This document shows positions 21,112-32,284 of a stretch of DNA of 64,000 nucleotides, one piece after another. Location: contig CAWBQK010000011.1 in the NCBI GenBank assembly GCA_963791045.1, positions 224,001 to 288,000 of the forward strand. The letters are read 5' to 3'. A model generated the notes under the pieces. The model made no database searches. It was not told where the DNA came from and worked only from the letters and a program-made list of their open reading frames with translations. Made by a program: the position numbers and the translations under genes. This DNA is from Candidatus Latescibacterota bacterium. GTDB lineage: Bacteria > Krumholzibacteriota > Krumholzibacteriia > WVZY01. Position 1 is the first letter of the stretch. Each line of letters starts with the position of its first letter.

Positions 21112-22746
21112 TCAAGCTCTTCTTATCTCATTCTCTTCTTGAGAATTTTTCTGTTCCGGTTCCCTGGGTAGTGTGACCTTGATGGTCGTACCCTTCCCTA
21201 TCGATGAGTCGACGTCGATTCGTCCCTGGTGCCGCCTGACGATTCCATAAACAACCGACAGCCCCAGGCCGAGCCCCGATTCGCCCTGCTTTCCTTCTTT
21301 TGTCGTAAAGAAGGGTTCGAAAATATGCGGGATCACATCGCTTGGAATTCCGCACCCGGTGTCGATAATATGGATCGACACCGTAGAATCGTCGCCCATG
21401 GTCCTGAGCGTGAGTTTTCCGCTTTCGGGCATGGATTCCACCGCGTTTATGCACGGAGCGATGAGTGCCTGCTGGATCTGTTTGGGATCGCAGTGAACCG
21501 TGTCATCTCCGGTCATAAAATCGGTTATTAATTCGATTTTTGCCATTTGGAAATGGTGGGCGAGAAGCGTTAGCGTCTGATCGACGATGTGGTTGAGGTT
21601 CTGTCTGGTGAATTCACCACCTGTTTGACGGGCAAAATCGAGGAGGTTCTTTACAATATCGCCGCAGCGGCTGGATTCCTCTTTGATGATGGACAGGTAT
21701 TTTTCGAAGTTTGGTACCTGCTCGGGCTTGATCCCCTCGGCGTCGAGCTCGCGGAGCGAAAGCTTGGCATATGTGAGTATTCCGAAGAGCGGGTTGTTGA
21801 TTTCATGAGCGATACTTGCCGAAAGCTTGCCCAGAGACGCCATTTTTTCCATATGGACGACCTGTGCCTGGACCTGCTCGAGCTCTTTTGTTTTCTGGTC
21901 TATTCGATCCTCCAGCGTACGGCCCCACTCGTGAAGCTCGTCCTGGGCGGTCTGCAGGTCGTCCGCCATACTGTTGAACGAGCCGGCGAGTTTGCCGAGT
22001 TCGTCGCCCGTTTGAATGGGAATACGCGTGCCAAGGTCCCCGGCGGCAATGGTGCTCATTCCCTGGCTGAGCTGCATGATCGGTTTTCTTATCGTTCGGT
22101 AGATGAATAATCCCGATAAGATCGAAATTATCAGCGCTGTTCCAAGCGACGAGATAATCAGCGCCCAGCGTCCAGCTGCGACATTCTTGTCAACGGACGC
22201 AAGTGACATCTTGACATCGAGAACACCGAGAACGGTCTGGTCGGGGGGGTGAGCGTGACACGGGTCGTTGATGCACGCCGGTTCGTTCTGGATCGGACTT
22301 ATCAGGCCCAGGACGTGGCCCTGTTCTTCTGATCGGAATACCCTCATTCGGTTGACCGTGGGGACCGATTTGAGCGGTTCATCGGAGTTGTGGCACATGT
22401 AACACGCTTCGGCCCGCATGTCGACCTGGTCGCCGATTTTCAATGTATCGGTTGAAAATATCACCTGGCCGGTCTTGTTATAAATATTGATGCCGACAAA
22501 ACCCAACTCGATGCCCAATGTTCCAATGATTTGCTGAACATCGTCCTTGCGGTTGACGAGCATGCTGTATCGGGTCGAACGCATGATGAGATCGCTGGCA
22601 CGGATGGCGTTTGCGTGGATGTAGTCGGTCATGAAGGCCGAAGTCATCCGGATGTTGATATAGGTGTGGATGCTGAAGATGACAAGCATCACGATAAGGA
22701 GAAGCAGGAAGAGCTTGGCGCTCAAGGTTCTTGCGGGGAATTTCAT
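21112..22746 (-). CDS. HAMP sensor histidine kinase with periplasmic heme-c-type motif(s)
   Basis: 2 TMs, CYMCH and CINDPCH, HAMP, AHEINNP, HATPase G boxes. Confidence 0.93.
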   Translation of the reverse strand: MKFPARTLSAKLFLLLLIVMLVIFSIHTYINIRMTSAFMTDYIHANAIRASDLIMRSTRYSMLVNRKDDVQQIIGTLGIELGFVGINIYNKTGQVIFSTDTLKIGDQVDMRAEACYMCHNSDEPLKSVPTVNRMRVFRSEEQGHVLGLISPIQNEPACINDPCHAHPPDQTVLGVLDVKMSLASVDKNVAAGRWALIISSLGTALIISILSGLFIYRTIRKPIMQLSQGMSTIAAGDLGTRIPIQTGDELGKLAGSFNSMADDLQTAQDELHEWGRTLEDRIDQKTKELEQVQAQVVHMEKMASLGKLSASIAHEINNPLFGILTYAKLSLRELDAEGIKPEQVPNFEKYLSIIKEESSRCGDIVKNLLDFARQTGGEFTRQNLNHIVDQTLTLLAHHFQMAKIELITDFMTGDDTVHCDPKQIQQALIAPCINAVESMPESGKLTLRTMGDDSTVSIHIIDTGCGIPSDVIPHIFEPFFTTKEGKQGESGLGLGLSVVYGIVRRHQGRIDVDSSIGKGTTIKVTLPREPEQKNSQEENEIRRA

Positions 22747-22903
22747 CGCTCGTTGCTTTGCCTTTTTCGGGGCGCTGGATGTCGAGAAATTGGAACTCGA
22801 ATTGTGGTACCAGTGTACGCCTGAATCGGGCCGCACTCAAGGACGAAAACCAATCGTCTTCAAGTACGGCCCGTTCGCAGGTTGTTATGCCAAATCCGTC
22901 TCT

Positions 22904-24466
22904 TTATTCGGATGAATGGCAGGTTTCACAATCACCGTCGGAGGCAAACGCGTCTTCACCATTGTGACATTTCCCGCACGACTTGCCTTCGTACATCGTC
23001 TCCATAAGATAGGAGGCTGCGTTCCTTGTTTGCTCGGGCACCAGAGCGAAATCACCCGTGTGACATGTCTCGCACGAGGGCGCCTTTGAATCGACATGCG
23101 TCTCGTGACTAAAGACAACCACGCCGGGGCTGTCTTCCCCGAGCGTCATCCGGATGTCTCCGATCTTCAGCGCTTCACGATACGCCAGATTGGGGATGTT
23201 CTCGGTCGAACCAACAACCGCTGCTTCAGAATCGCGGTTCTGGAGCTTCGTGCTGAATCCGAAAATCATGAAACCGATGATGAGAAAACCCCAGAGACCA
23301 AGAATAAGCCGGCCCTGAAACACCGGTTTGGTTCTCGGTGCCTGCGTGGGGAGCGCCATCGGTGAGGGTTTTTCTTCGGGAAACACTTCGAGATATTTGA
23401 CGGCAAGGCCAAACAGGGCAAACCCGGCTGCCACGATCGCCGCTGTAATTGCGAACTCCATCCACGATGGAATGTAGTCGACGCCCGACGCCCTGGCCAT
23501 GCCGGTTATCGCGACATTCAGCCGGTTGATGATAAAGCCCATGATGGTGAGCATCGCACCAAAGAAAAGCCCTCCTTCGGATGCGCGAATCCTTGGCATC
23601 ATGAAGAGAATCATCGGAAGAACGACTCCGAGGCCCATCTCACCCCAGAACATCACGCTTTCCTGGGTGAGCTTGAACATCAGGTGTAATTCGCCGCGGC
23701 CGTTCAAGTCCATGAATTTCCACACAAGAAGCACGGCGAGAATGACGACGATGGTTCGTGCGACGCCCTCGAGGAGATCGTGCTCGAGCCTTCTGCCAAA
23801 TGCCCTCCAACTCATAAACGATTCGAAGATCGTCATCGCGAGCCCCCCCGCGATGGCGGATAAGAAGAAAAACACGGGCAGGAGCGGTGTGTACCACAAC
23901 CCGTATAGCTTATCCGGGACGATCACATAGACTGTTCCCAGAGATGACTGGTGAAGGGTGGAAAGCAAGACGCCAAGGATGACCAGCGGAATATAGACCG
24001 CGTTGATGAACTTGAGCGGCTTCTGAAGATTGAATCTTTTCAGGACGAGTGGACTGAATTCGAGTGCGAGAACCGTTGTGTAGAACATCACGCACATCGC
24101 TACTTCGAACATCACCGAGTGGGGGTTGCCCATAACCATCGGATGCCAGATCCGATACGGCCGACCGATGTCGATAAGAAGCGCGACCACGACCAGGACA
24201 TAGCCGAGAAAAGCGGTCAAGATTGTGGGGCGTGCGATATCCTCGTATTTTTCGAGGTGAAAAATGTGGACGGTTGCCGCGATGACGAACCCGCCGGCGG
24301 CAAGACCGACACCCACAAGGATGTCAAACCCGATCCATAGCCCCCAGGGGAATTGATCGGAGAGGTTGGTTGCCGCGCCGAGTCCCTGTGCGAAGCGGAC
24401 GACGGTTGCGTAAATCCCGAGCGCCATTATTATCGCAAAGATGCCCTTCCATACTTTACCCATCAT
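22904..24466 (-). CDS. NrfD/HybB-like membrane subunit fused to a triheme c7-like cytochrome
   Basis: PWGLWIGFD, DIGRPYRIWHP, HQSSLG; C-terminal FSHETH, CETCH, CGKCH, CETCH. Confidence 0.9.
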   Translation of the reverse strand: MMGKVWKGIFAIIMALGIYATVVRFAQGLGAATNLSDQFPWGLWIGFDILVGVGLAAGGFVIAATVHIFHLEKYEDIARPTILTAFLGYVLVVVALLIDIGRPYRIWHPMVMGNPHSVMFEVAMCVMFYTTVLALEFSPLVLKRFNLQKPLKFINAVYIPLVILGVLLSTLHQSSLGTVYVIVPDKLYGLWYTPLLPVFFFLSAIAGGLAMTIFESFMSWRAFGRRLEHDLLEGVARTIVVILAVLLVWKFMDLNGRGELHLMFKLTQESVMFWGEMGLGVVLPMILFMMPRIRASEGGLFFGAMLTIMGFIINRLNVAITGMARASGVDYIPSWMEFAITAAIVAAGFALFGLAVKYLEVFPEEKPSPMALPTQAPRTKPVFQGRLILGLWGFLIIGFMIFGFSTKLQNRDSEAAVVGSTENIPNLAYREALKIGDIRMTLGEDSPGVVVFSHETHVDSKAPSCETCHTGDFALVPEQTRNAASYLMETMYEGKSCGKCHNGEDAFASDGDCETCHSSE

Positions 24467-25242
24467 TCCCCTCCCTTCTCGTCGAGCTTTGTGACCTCGC
24501 GATTGCTTGCCTCATTGCCGAGTTTTTCCAAGGTCATCCGCCGTTTGATGATCCAGTGGATTCCCACAAGCCCGACGCCGCCCACCGCAACTATGCTGGG
24601 GATCTTTGAAAGGATATTCCAGGTGAGATGCGGGTACGAGGTTCCCTGCTGGACTGATTTGAATCCCAGCTCCTCGAACGGCACCGGCGAGAGATAAAGG
24701 ACTCCCGTACCGCCGGCCTCGGTCTCGCCGTAAATGTGATTTACGTACCGGCTGGGACTCCCTGCGATCCGTCCCCGAGCTTCATGGAGGAGTTCATCAC
24801 GGTCGCCGAACTTCGTGGCGCCGGTGGGGCAGACCGATGTACACGCCGGCTCTTTGCCCTCTTTGACTCTTTTGTCGTAGCACATGATGCATTTCTGTAC
24901 CTTCGGCAGGGGGCTTCCCCACTCATAGGTTGGAATCTCGAACGGGCACGCCATCATACAATAACGGCACCCGATACACCGCCACTCATCATAGATGACG
25001 GGTCCTTCGGGTGTTTTCCTGAGTGCTGTGACGGGACAAACAGACACACAGGTCGGTTCGTGGCAGTGCATGCACTGCTGGCGTATGTTGATCCCCTTTT
25101 CCTGCCGGATGGCTGTCCAGGCATTGTCAGACAGTTTTGATGGCTTGTGTTGCGTGGGTAGCTCGTTGATCTCCTGGCATGCAAGCGTACAGGCGCCGCA
25201 GCCGATACACTTTGTGAGATCAGTTAAGATCGCAGCTTCCAT
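24463..25242 (-). CDS. 4x[4Fe-4S] electron-transfer protein (HybA/FdnH-like) with C-terminal TM anchor
   Basis: CIGCGAC, CMHCHEPTC, CIGCRYC, KCIMC; no N-terminal Tat signal seen. Confidence 0.92.
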   Translation of the reverse strand: MEAAILTDLTKCIGCGACTLACQEINELPTQHKPSKLSDNAWTAIRQEKGINIRQQCMHCHEPTCVSVCPVTALRKTPEGPVIYDEWRCIGCRYCMMACPFEIPTYEWGSPLPKVQKCIMCYDKRVKEGKEPACTSVCPTGATKFGDRDELLHEARGRIAGSPSRYVNHIYGETEAGGTGVLYLSPVPFEELGFKSVQQGTSYPHLTWNILSKIPSIVAVGGVGLVGIHWIIKRRMTLEKLGNEASNREVTKLDEKGGE

Positions 25243-25367
25243 GTGTCACATCCTCCTCCCCTGATGGTGACGTTCTGGTTATCGAGAAAAAGCCGTTCGA
25301 GAAAACGGCCATGAAGGGTTAGTTGAGTTTACTGAAAATCCGTCCGGTTGTCACCAGACGTTCAGAA

Positions 25368-25399
25368 CTCGTGCGCGCCCCTTCGAGGGCGCGCACGAG
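25368..25399. terminator. strong intergenic hairpin (attenuator, processing or stability site)
   Basis: 13-bp perfect stem CTCGTGCGCGCCC/GGGCGCGCACGAG; weak U tract. Confidence 0.55.
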
Positions 25400-25442
25400 A
25401 TTTTCGCCGGCGTTCGTCACGCCGATTGCTTGACCACGAACC

Positions 25443-26135
25443 TTAGTCAAAGAACTTCTCCTGAATCTGCTTCCACTCCGTCTCGTTCAGGAAGTCGATC
25501 AACCCGTAAGCGGGCAGACCGCCATCCTGGAGCGTTTGACCCAGAACAGGGTTGGCGGGAGCGACCGTAGCGAGGATCACCTTGAGGCGCTGAACCTCGC
25601 GGCTGAGCCAGTCTTTGGCTGACTCGCCCAGAAGCAGACTTTTCTGGAACACTGCGGTGCTGGCGGGCTTGATCCGGTAGACCCAGCCAGCGGCGAACGG
25701 CTCGGTGCCGTACATTTCGTGACTTTCGAGCAGTTCGGAGTTCACATCTTGAATTACGCCGTCGACCGGGGCACGGAATGTCGCGGTCCGGTCTCCGTGG
25801 CGAAGCTTCAGTAGAACGTCGCCTTTCTTGACCCGGTCGCCGAGGGCGCGGGTCTGAACGCTGTCGACTTTGCCGAGGATTGACTGGGCAAAATCATTAA
25901 TACCGACCCGTGCGGAGCCGGATTCTTCGAGGAAGAGCCATGTGTGACCCGGATCGAAGAATACGCCATTGGGGGTCCGATACCTGAGCTGAGCGGCCGG
26001 GTGCGCCATCGCGCTTACCGCGCCCATCTGGCCAGCCATCTGGGTAACCGCCACCGTGGCGGTCTGCCGACGCTGAACGAGATAATCGATCGTCAAGAAG
26101 CAGAGAATCGAAAGAAGTACGAGTAGAGCGACCAT
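25443..26135 (-). CDS. membrane-anchored glycine-cleavage-H-like protein lacking the canonical lipoyl motif
   Basis: HTWL..ARVGINDFAQ..G, APVDG, GWVY; N-terminal TM; RHGDRT in place of ESVK; GGAGG RBS. Confidence 0.85.
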   Translation of the reverse strand: MVALLVLLSILCFLTIDYLVQRRQTATVAVTQMAGQMGAVSAMAHPAAQLRYRTPNGVFFDPGHTWLFLEESGSARVGINDFAQSILGKVDSVQTRALGDRVKKGDVLLKLRHGDRTATFRAPVDGVIQDVNSELLESHEMYGTEPFAAGWVYRIKPASTAVFQKSLLLGESAKDWLSREVQRLKVILATVAPANPVLGQTLQDGGLPAYGLIDFLNETEWKQIQEKFFD

Positions 26136-26238
26136 TTGTTGAACCTCCTCAAGGTGTCCGAAAAAGAATCTTTACTGTTTCTGTAGCCATTTTCATCACT
26201 TTGTAACCGTGTGTATGTTGTCTACGCTTACTTGTATA

Positions 26239-26255
26239 GGCATAGACCGGACCGA
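26239..26255 (-). promoter_or_regulatory. sigma54 promoter candidate for the GcvH-like operon
   Basis: reverse complement TCGGTCCGGTCTATGCC (GG-N10-GC); IHF-like site at 26292-26304. Confidence 0.45.
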
Positions 26256-26371
26256 AAACGCAAAGAAAGCGTGAAATTTTTAACAAGCTTTTAACTCATT
26301 GAATGTATATATGTTATGAGGGTCGATCGCGAGGTTGTGGGGCGTGGTTCAAGGGACGGCCAGGAGGGTGT

Positions 26372-26531
26372 TGTTGAAGAACTCAACAGGTGTTTTTGGG
26401 GATTTCAGTATTCAACGACCCTATGTGTTTGTTATGACTTCGATTAAGTGGGTGTTTAATAATTAAACACCCGCTGTTGAATAGTTAAACAATTCAACAC
26501 TTGTGGTGCAGGGGCGTTGACTATTTATACA
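26372..26531. promoter_or_regulatory. array of TGTTGA-N5-TCAACA-type palindromes (UAS candidates)
   Basis: TGTTGAAGAACTCAACA (26372), TGTTTAATAATTAAACA (26453), TGTTGAATAGTTAAACA (26475), AGTTAAACAATTCAACA (26483), CGTTGACTATTTATACA (26515). Confidence 0.7.
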
Positions 26532-26609
26532 GCCCTCTGTAACGGCCTTTAGTATGGAGCGATTACAGAGGCCTCTCGGAGATTAGCCGGTGAGTCCTGC
26601 GTTCCCGGT

Positions 26610-28848
26610 CTACAGGTTCTCTTCGAAGAATCGTGTCATCTTTGTGAAGAGGTGGGCGCGGGCGGTGTTCCCGCCAATACCATGCCGACCCCTGGGGTAG
26701 ACCATCAGATCAAAGTCTTTCCCCGCATTTATGAGCTCGCTCACCAAAACCATGGTGTTCTGGGCGTGGACGTTGTCGTCCGATGTCCCGTGAGCGAGGA
26801 AAAAAGCGCCCTGAAGGTTGGCGGCGAAGTTCGCCGGAGACGATTCATAGTAACCGTCTTCATTGTCCTGGGGCCGTTTCATATACCGCTCGGTATAAAT
26901 GAGATCGTAGAAGCGCCAATCGGTGACCGGCGCCACGGCCGCCCCGGCCTTGAACACGCCGGGGGTTTTGAGCATTGCCATCGCGGTCATGGAACCGCCA
27001 CCGCTCCAACCCCAGATTCCGATTCGCGACCCATCGACATAGGGTAGAGATTCGAGATACTTCGCGCCCGCCACCTGGTCGTCGAGTTCTCGCTGGCCCA
27101 TCGTTTCGAGCGCCGCCTCCTCCCACGCTTTCCCCCGGCCGAAAGAACCGCGGTTGTCGAGACTGAATACGATGTACCCGCGCTGGGTCATCATCGAGTG
27201 CCACAGGTAGAGCATGCGACCCCATGTATTGCGTACCACCTGGCCGTTGGGATAGGCATAGGTGTATACGATCACCGGATATTTTTTTGAAGGATCAAAG
27301 TCAACTGGTTTGAGCATTGAACAATAGAGGTCGTGCCCTTCACCCGAGGTGATTGTGAGAAACTCCGGTTCGGGGAGATTGTACTCATTGAGTTCGGTGA
27401 TATCAGCCTCGTCGAGGGTGAACAGCATCTTGCCGTCCGCTTTGTGGACCGTGATCACCCGCGGCGTCGTCGTATTCGAAAACCGGTCTATATAATACTG
27501 ATTGTCGGGTGACATCGTTATCCCATGCGATCCCGCGCGTTTTGTGATTCTTTTTGGAGAGCCGCCTTTTTCGGTCGTACGGTAGAGGTGGCGTTCGAGA
27601 ATCGATTTCTCCAGCCCTGTAAAGAAGATGTGCCCTTTCTTTTCATCCACACCGCTGAGCCCATACACTGTCCAGTCGCCTTCCGTCAGTTGGCGTACCA
27701 GCGTGCCGTCGGTCTTGTACAGAAACAGGTGCAAAAACCCGTCGCGGTCCGAACTCCAGACAAAGAGATCCTTCGTCTCATAATAGTGCTTTATGTATGT
27801 CGGTGTGATCCATGCCTGTGATGTGTCCGCGAAAAGCTCGCGGATGTCACCCGTCGCGGCATCGGCAAAGAGGAGTTTGAGCTCGTCCTGGGCGCGGTTG
27901 AGCTTCTCGATCGCGAGACGCTTGCTGTCGCCCAGCCAGTACAGACGCGGCAAAGTACGAGTCGTCCGCAGTATCCACATTCATCCATGATGTCTCTGCC
28001 GGCTGCGATGTCGATCACACCCACACGAACGATCGGCGCACGGGTCTCCCGGCTAGCGGGTAGCGCTGCATCTCCGCGGTGTTGTGACGGGGATGAAATC
28101 GACGATGGGGAATTCGGGAATGGCGCTTTCGTTGAACTGGAGAAAGGCGATTTTTTTGCTGTCCGGCGACCACCAGTACGCGCGGACATCACCGCGCGTA
28201 AAAAGCTCCTCCATATAGACGTAGTCAAGAACGCCATTGAGAAGTGTATCGCTGCCGCCCGTCGTGAATTGTGTTTCCTGATTTGTGTCGAGGTCGACCA
28301 TCCAGATATCGTTGTCCCGGGTGAAAGCGATTTTTGTGACGTCAGGCGAAAGCACCGTGTTGTCTTCGTAAGCGTCGTTGTGAGTGCGCCGGATGACCTT
28401 TCCGGTTTTGCCGTCGAATGTGAAAATCTCGTCCCGGAAATGGATCAACATGAGATCGCCGGTCTCCGACCACCGGTAACTTCCAAAGCTGAAGTGATCC
28501 TCCTCAGTTTCCGCCAGATCCGGCCGGGACCGTGATGGTGTCCGCGATGCAAAGTGTTCTCTGTTTGCCCGAGGGGATGTCGCGAACGACAAGATGGGTC
28601 TCGTCATCCACGTCTTCGAGGTAGGAGATCCCCCGGCTGTCGGGGAGCCAACGGATACCCGACGGTGCCGCTCCCGTAAGCGAAGGGGTCGCAAAAATGC
28701 GCTCGATCGTCAGCATCTTTTTAACGGGGGTGGTCTCGCCGGTATCGTCCGAAGCGGCTCCCGCGGAGGCGGAACCGTAAAAAACCGACAAACCAATTAT
28801 CAACGCAAGCGCCGTCAATATGATGCGCGACGATGTGACCGCTCTCAT
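26610..28848 (-). CDS. secreted S9B dipeptidyl-peptidase IV-like enzyme; several frameshifts (~28520, ~27960-28080)
   Basis: signal peptide, DPPIV_N motifs (NGVLDYVYMEE, WWSPD), GWSGGG, DDNVH, catalytic His. Confidence 0.9.
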
Positions 28849-29275
28849 TTGTTTCCTCCTAGGGGCATCTTTCTGTGCAGGCGGGGTTTGTGCGAAATCA
28901 ATTAGTAGCGATTCTAGCACATGCCGTGAGCCAATTAAATCGAATAGTCGCACCGGCTTGGGGGTTGGAAGGGTGGTTTTTGGCTTGATAATCGCGCACC
29001 GACGCCACATTATGTGGGGGACGCGGAATGTGGTTGATGCGGCACGGGGCCGCTCCTCACTGAGCCATCAATTTGAGCCATCCAAATTTCGCTTTTTCAA
29101 ATACCAAATTGCCCCCATCCAGGGGCATCCGGAATCCGGGCGAGTGACGGGGATTATCGCGTAAATCCCGCCCAAATCTGCCGGTTCGGGACAGTTCGGT
29201 GTAACGATCGTCAGTTTTTTTCGTATAAATCCTTATAATCTCCAATCCATGTGTTTCATCAGGAGGTGCCACAGC

Positions 29276-32111
29276 ATGCTCAGGTTACGGATTTTGGCTA
29301 TATTCGCGCTTACACTGGCCGTAATTGGCAGTTACGCGTTTGTCACTCCGTCCTCCGCCAGCACCGGCGACGCGGCCGCAGTAACCATCAGTGATGGTGA
29401 CGGCGGTTCGGTTCAGGGTGACCCGGCCGGTGACGGCGAAGAGAAGGAACCCAAGGCGAAGCGGGAAAAACGACCCTCATACAGGGACAAGCTCGAGGGA
29501 CGGAACAAATCCCAAGCTCCTCCCAAGCCCAAGCAGAAACCCAAGTACAAGAAATGGAAAGAGGTTCTCAAGGATGCGGAGGCCCAGGAAGGTCTCTTCA
29601 CGGTCCACACAAAACGTGAAGACGTATTCTTCGAACTCAAGGAAACCGACCTGGACAAGCCTTACCTGGCCATCCTGACCCTCTCCCAGGGGATGGGGAC
29701 CCGAATGGTGTTTGGCGGCCTCGTCATTACCGAGATGATGTTTGATTTCCATCGCGTTGAAGACCACGTTCAGCTACGGATGCTTAATACGCGGTTCCGG
29801 GCGAGCGACGATCCCGAACTCCAGAAGGCGCTTGAGCTCTCCTACGGCAACTCGATCCTCGCGAGCTCCCGATCATGAGTGAGAACGAGAAGGACAAAGC
29901 CGTTCTCGTCCAGATGAACAAGTTTTTCCTCTCGGACATCTCCGATGTGGGTTTCTTCCTGCAGCTGGTTCTTCGCAAACCCGTGCGGATGGATCCCAAA
30001 AAAGGCGTATTCAGGAAAATCAAATCGTATCCCAATAATATCGAGATCGACGCGCTGCTCACCTATTCTCCGGCCGACCGGAGAGGGTTGAACCTTCCGT
30101 CGGTTCCCGACAGCCGCTATATCGAAATCGGCGTGCATTACAGTCTTCACACACTCCCCGAAGAGCCAATGAAACCGCGGCTCGCCGACGACCGTGTCGG
30201 TTACTTTCTGACTCCGCACAAAGATTTCACAAGGGATGAGAAGGAAAGCTTCTTCGTCCACTACGTCAACCGGTGGAGACTCGAAAAGCAGGATCCGAGC
30301 GCGGATCTTTCCGAACCGGTCGAACCCATCGTCTACTATGTAGACAGCACGGTTCCCATGAAGTACCGCAAGTATGTAAGAGAAGGAATCGAGATGTGGC
30401 AGCGCGCGTTCGAAAAGGCCGGGTTCAAGAATGCGATTATCGCGAAGGACGCGCCGACACCCGAAGAGGATCCCGAGTATGATCCCGAAGATGCCCGGTA
30501 CAATACGGTTCGATGGATCGTGTCCGACCAGCCGTCCTTCGGCGCGATCGGACCGTCGAGTGTCGATCCGAGGACCGGGGAGATTCTTGACGCCGACATC
30601 CTTATCGAGCAGAGCATGATCATGGGATTCCGGTTCAACTACCGCCGGTTTGCCGGTCCGGACGCGATCAGCATGCTGGATCCAATGCTCCAGTATCTCG
30701 AAAATCCGGAAGAAAACGCTGAAGCCGCCGAACGTATCGAGCTCCATAAGACATGGGGCACCGCTGCTGCGCCCACTTTGGCGTCGGGTTTGCCAACGGC
30801 TTTGATTTCATGAGCCTCGCACTTCTCGCCGACGGCGTCATGGAGCCGGGCATGGAAGTTCCCAAAGAGTTTATCGGCGAGGCCATCAAGTTTGTGGTGT
30901 GCCACGAGGTTGGTCACACGCTCGGTCTCCGTCACAACTTCAAGAGCAGTGCCGCGACACCTTTCGCACAACTCAACGACCGTTACAAAATCGGTGAAAT
31001 CGGCATGGCGGGTTCGATAATGGATTATCCGTCACCGAACGTGTCACGCGACCGTACGCGTCAGGGTTTCTACTATTCGCCGACCGTCGGGACATATGAT
31101 CAGTGGGCGATCGAGTGGGGTTACACCACGGTTCCTGGCGACAAGAGCGTTGACAAGGAAGCCATCGCTCTCAGGGAGATTGCCGATCAGTCTTCGCTCA
31201 AAGCGCACACTTATGCGACCGATGAGGACACTTATCCGGCCGGCGCGCTCGATCCGCTTTCCGCGATCTGGGATCTCAGCGATGATCCGCTCGCATGGGC
31301 GCAGGAGCGCATCGGTGTCTGTGAGGATATCGTCGCCAGCGGCAACCTCGAAGAACGCGTCGTCGGCGAAGGCAGCAGCTATGTCCCGCTGCGCGGGGCC
31401 GCGACGACAATTATCATGCAGAAGTACATTGCGGTGTCCAAGTCGATCAAGTACATCGGCGGACAGTACACGGCGCGGCCGCACAAAGGCGCCAACGACG
31501 GGGAAATGCCGCTGATGCCGGTGCCCGCGGCCAAACAGAGAGAGGCCTTCGACTTTATCGTGGCGAACGGTTTCTCGAACGGCGCGTTTGCGCTTCCTCC
31601 TGAAATGATGAACATGCTTGCGGACGACAAGATGCGTGACTGGCAGAACCCGATCTGGGCCTACGGCCGCCGGTTTGACTTCCCGATGATCGGTTGGGTC
31701 GGCGCCGTCCAGAACGCGCTTCTCCGCCAGATGCTCCAGCCGATGCTGCTTCAGCGCATTGCCGAGGCGGAGTACAAGGTGGAGGACCCGTACCGTTTGT
31801 CCGAACTCTTTGGCGGGCTCACCAAGACCATCTGGTACGACAACCTTGTAGCCGATGGTCAGACGGCGATGCTCGAACGAAATCTGCAGCGCATATACCT
31901 CCACCATCTCATCGCGATGACGGTGAGTCCGGCGGGCGGTACGCCGCACGAAGCGGTCGCGTTGGCACGATTGCATTTGACGCGCCTGCAGTCGCAGCTT
32001 GATACCGCTTCCAAGGCGAACGGACTGAGCGACGAGACCGCCGCGCATCTTCTCGAGTCAAAAGCCCGGGTCGATCGCGCACTCGATGCGAAACTGCAGT
32101 CGTCATTCTGA
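29276..32111 (+). CDS. secreted zinc metalloprotease (DUF5117/DUF4953 Met-zincin type); frameshifts at ~29868 and ~30751
   Basis: PRLADDRVGYF, DPRTGEILDAD, HEVGHTLGLRHN, SIMDY; AGGAGG RBS. Confidence 0.9.
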
Positions 32112-32187
32112 TTGGTGCTGTCGGCGGGTGGACTGCACGCCTAGCCTTTTTGCGAGCGAGCGGTTCTTAGCTATTGGCTGGCAGTCG

Positions 32188-32222
32188 AAGGCCCCCCTTG
32201 GAAACGAGGGGGGCCTTTTTTG
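32188..32222. terminator. intrinsic terminator
   Basis: AAGGCCCCCC..GGGGGGCCTTTTTT. Confidence 0.75.
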
Positions 32223-32284
32223 TGGGTGGTGGAAGTCGTCGAGACGGTCGCCGTTGCGGAGTTCGGAGTGTGAACTGATTTCAA

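Noticed and set aside
22904-25242. Annotation as a hydrogenase-2 operon
   Set aside because: No NiFe large or small subunit and no maturation genes in the window.
25443-26135. Annotation as true gcvH
   Set aside because: No lipoyl motif, an extra TM, and no gcvP/gcvT nearby.
28981-28995. GG-N10-GC upstream of the Met-zincin gene
   Set aside because: Poor match to the sigma54 consensus and no evident enhancer.
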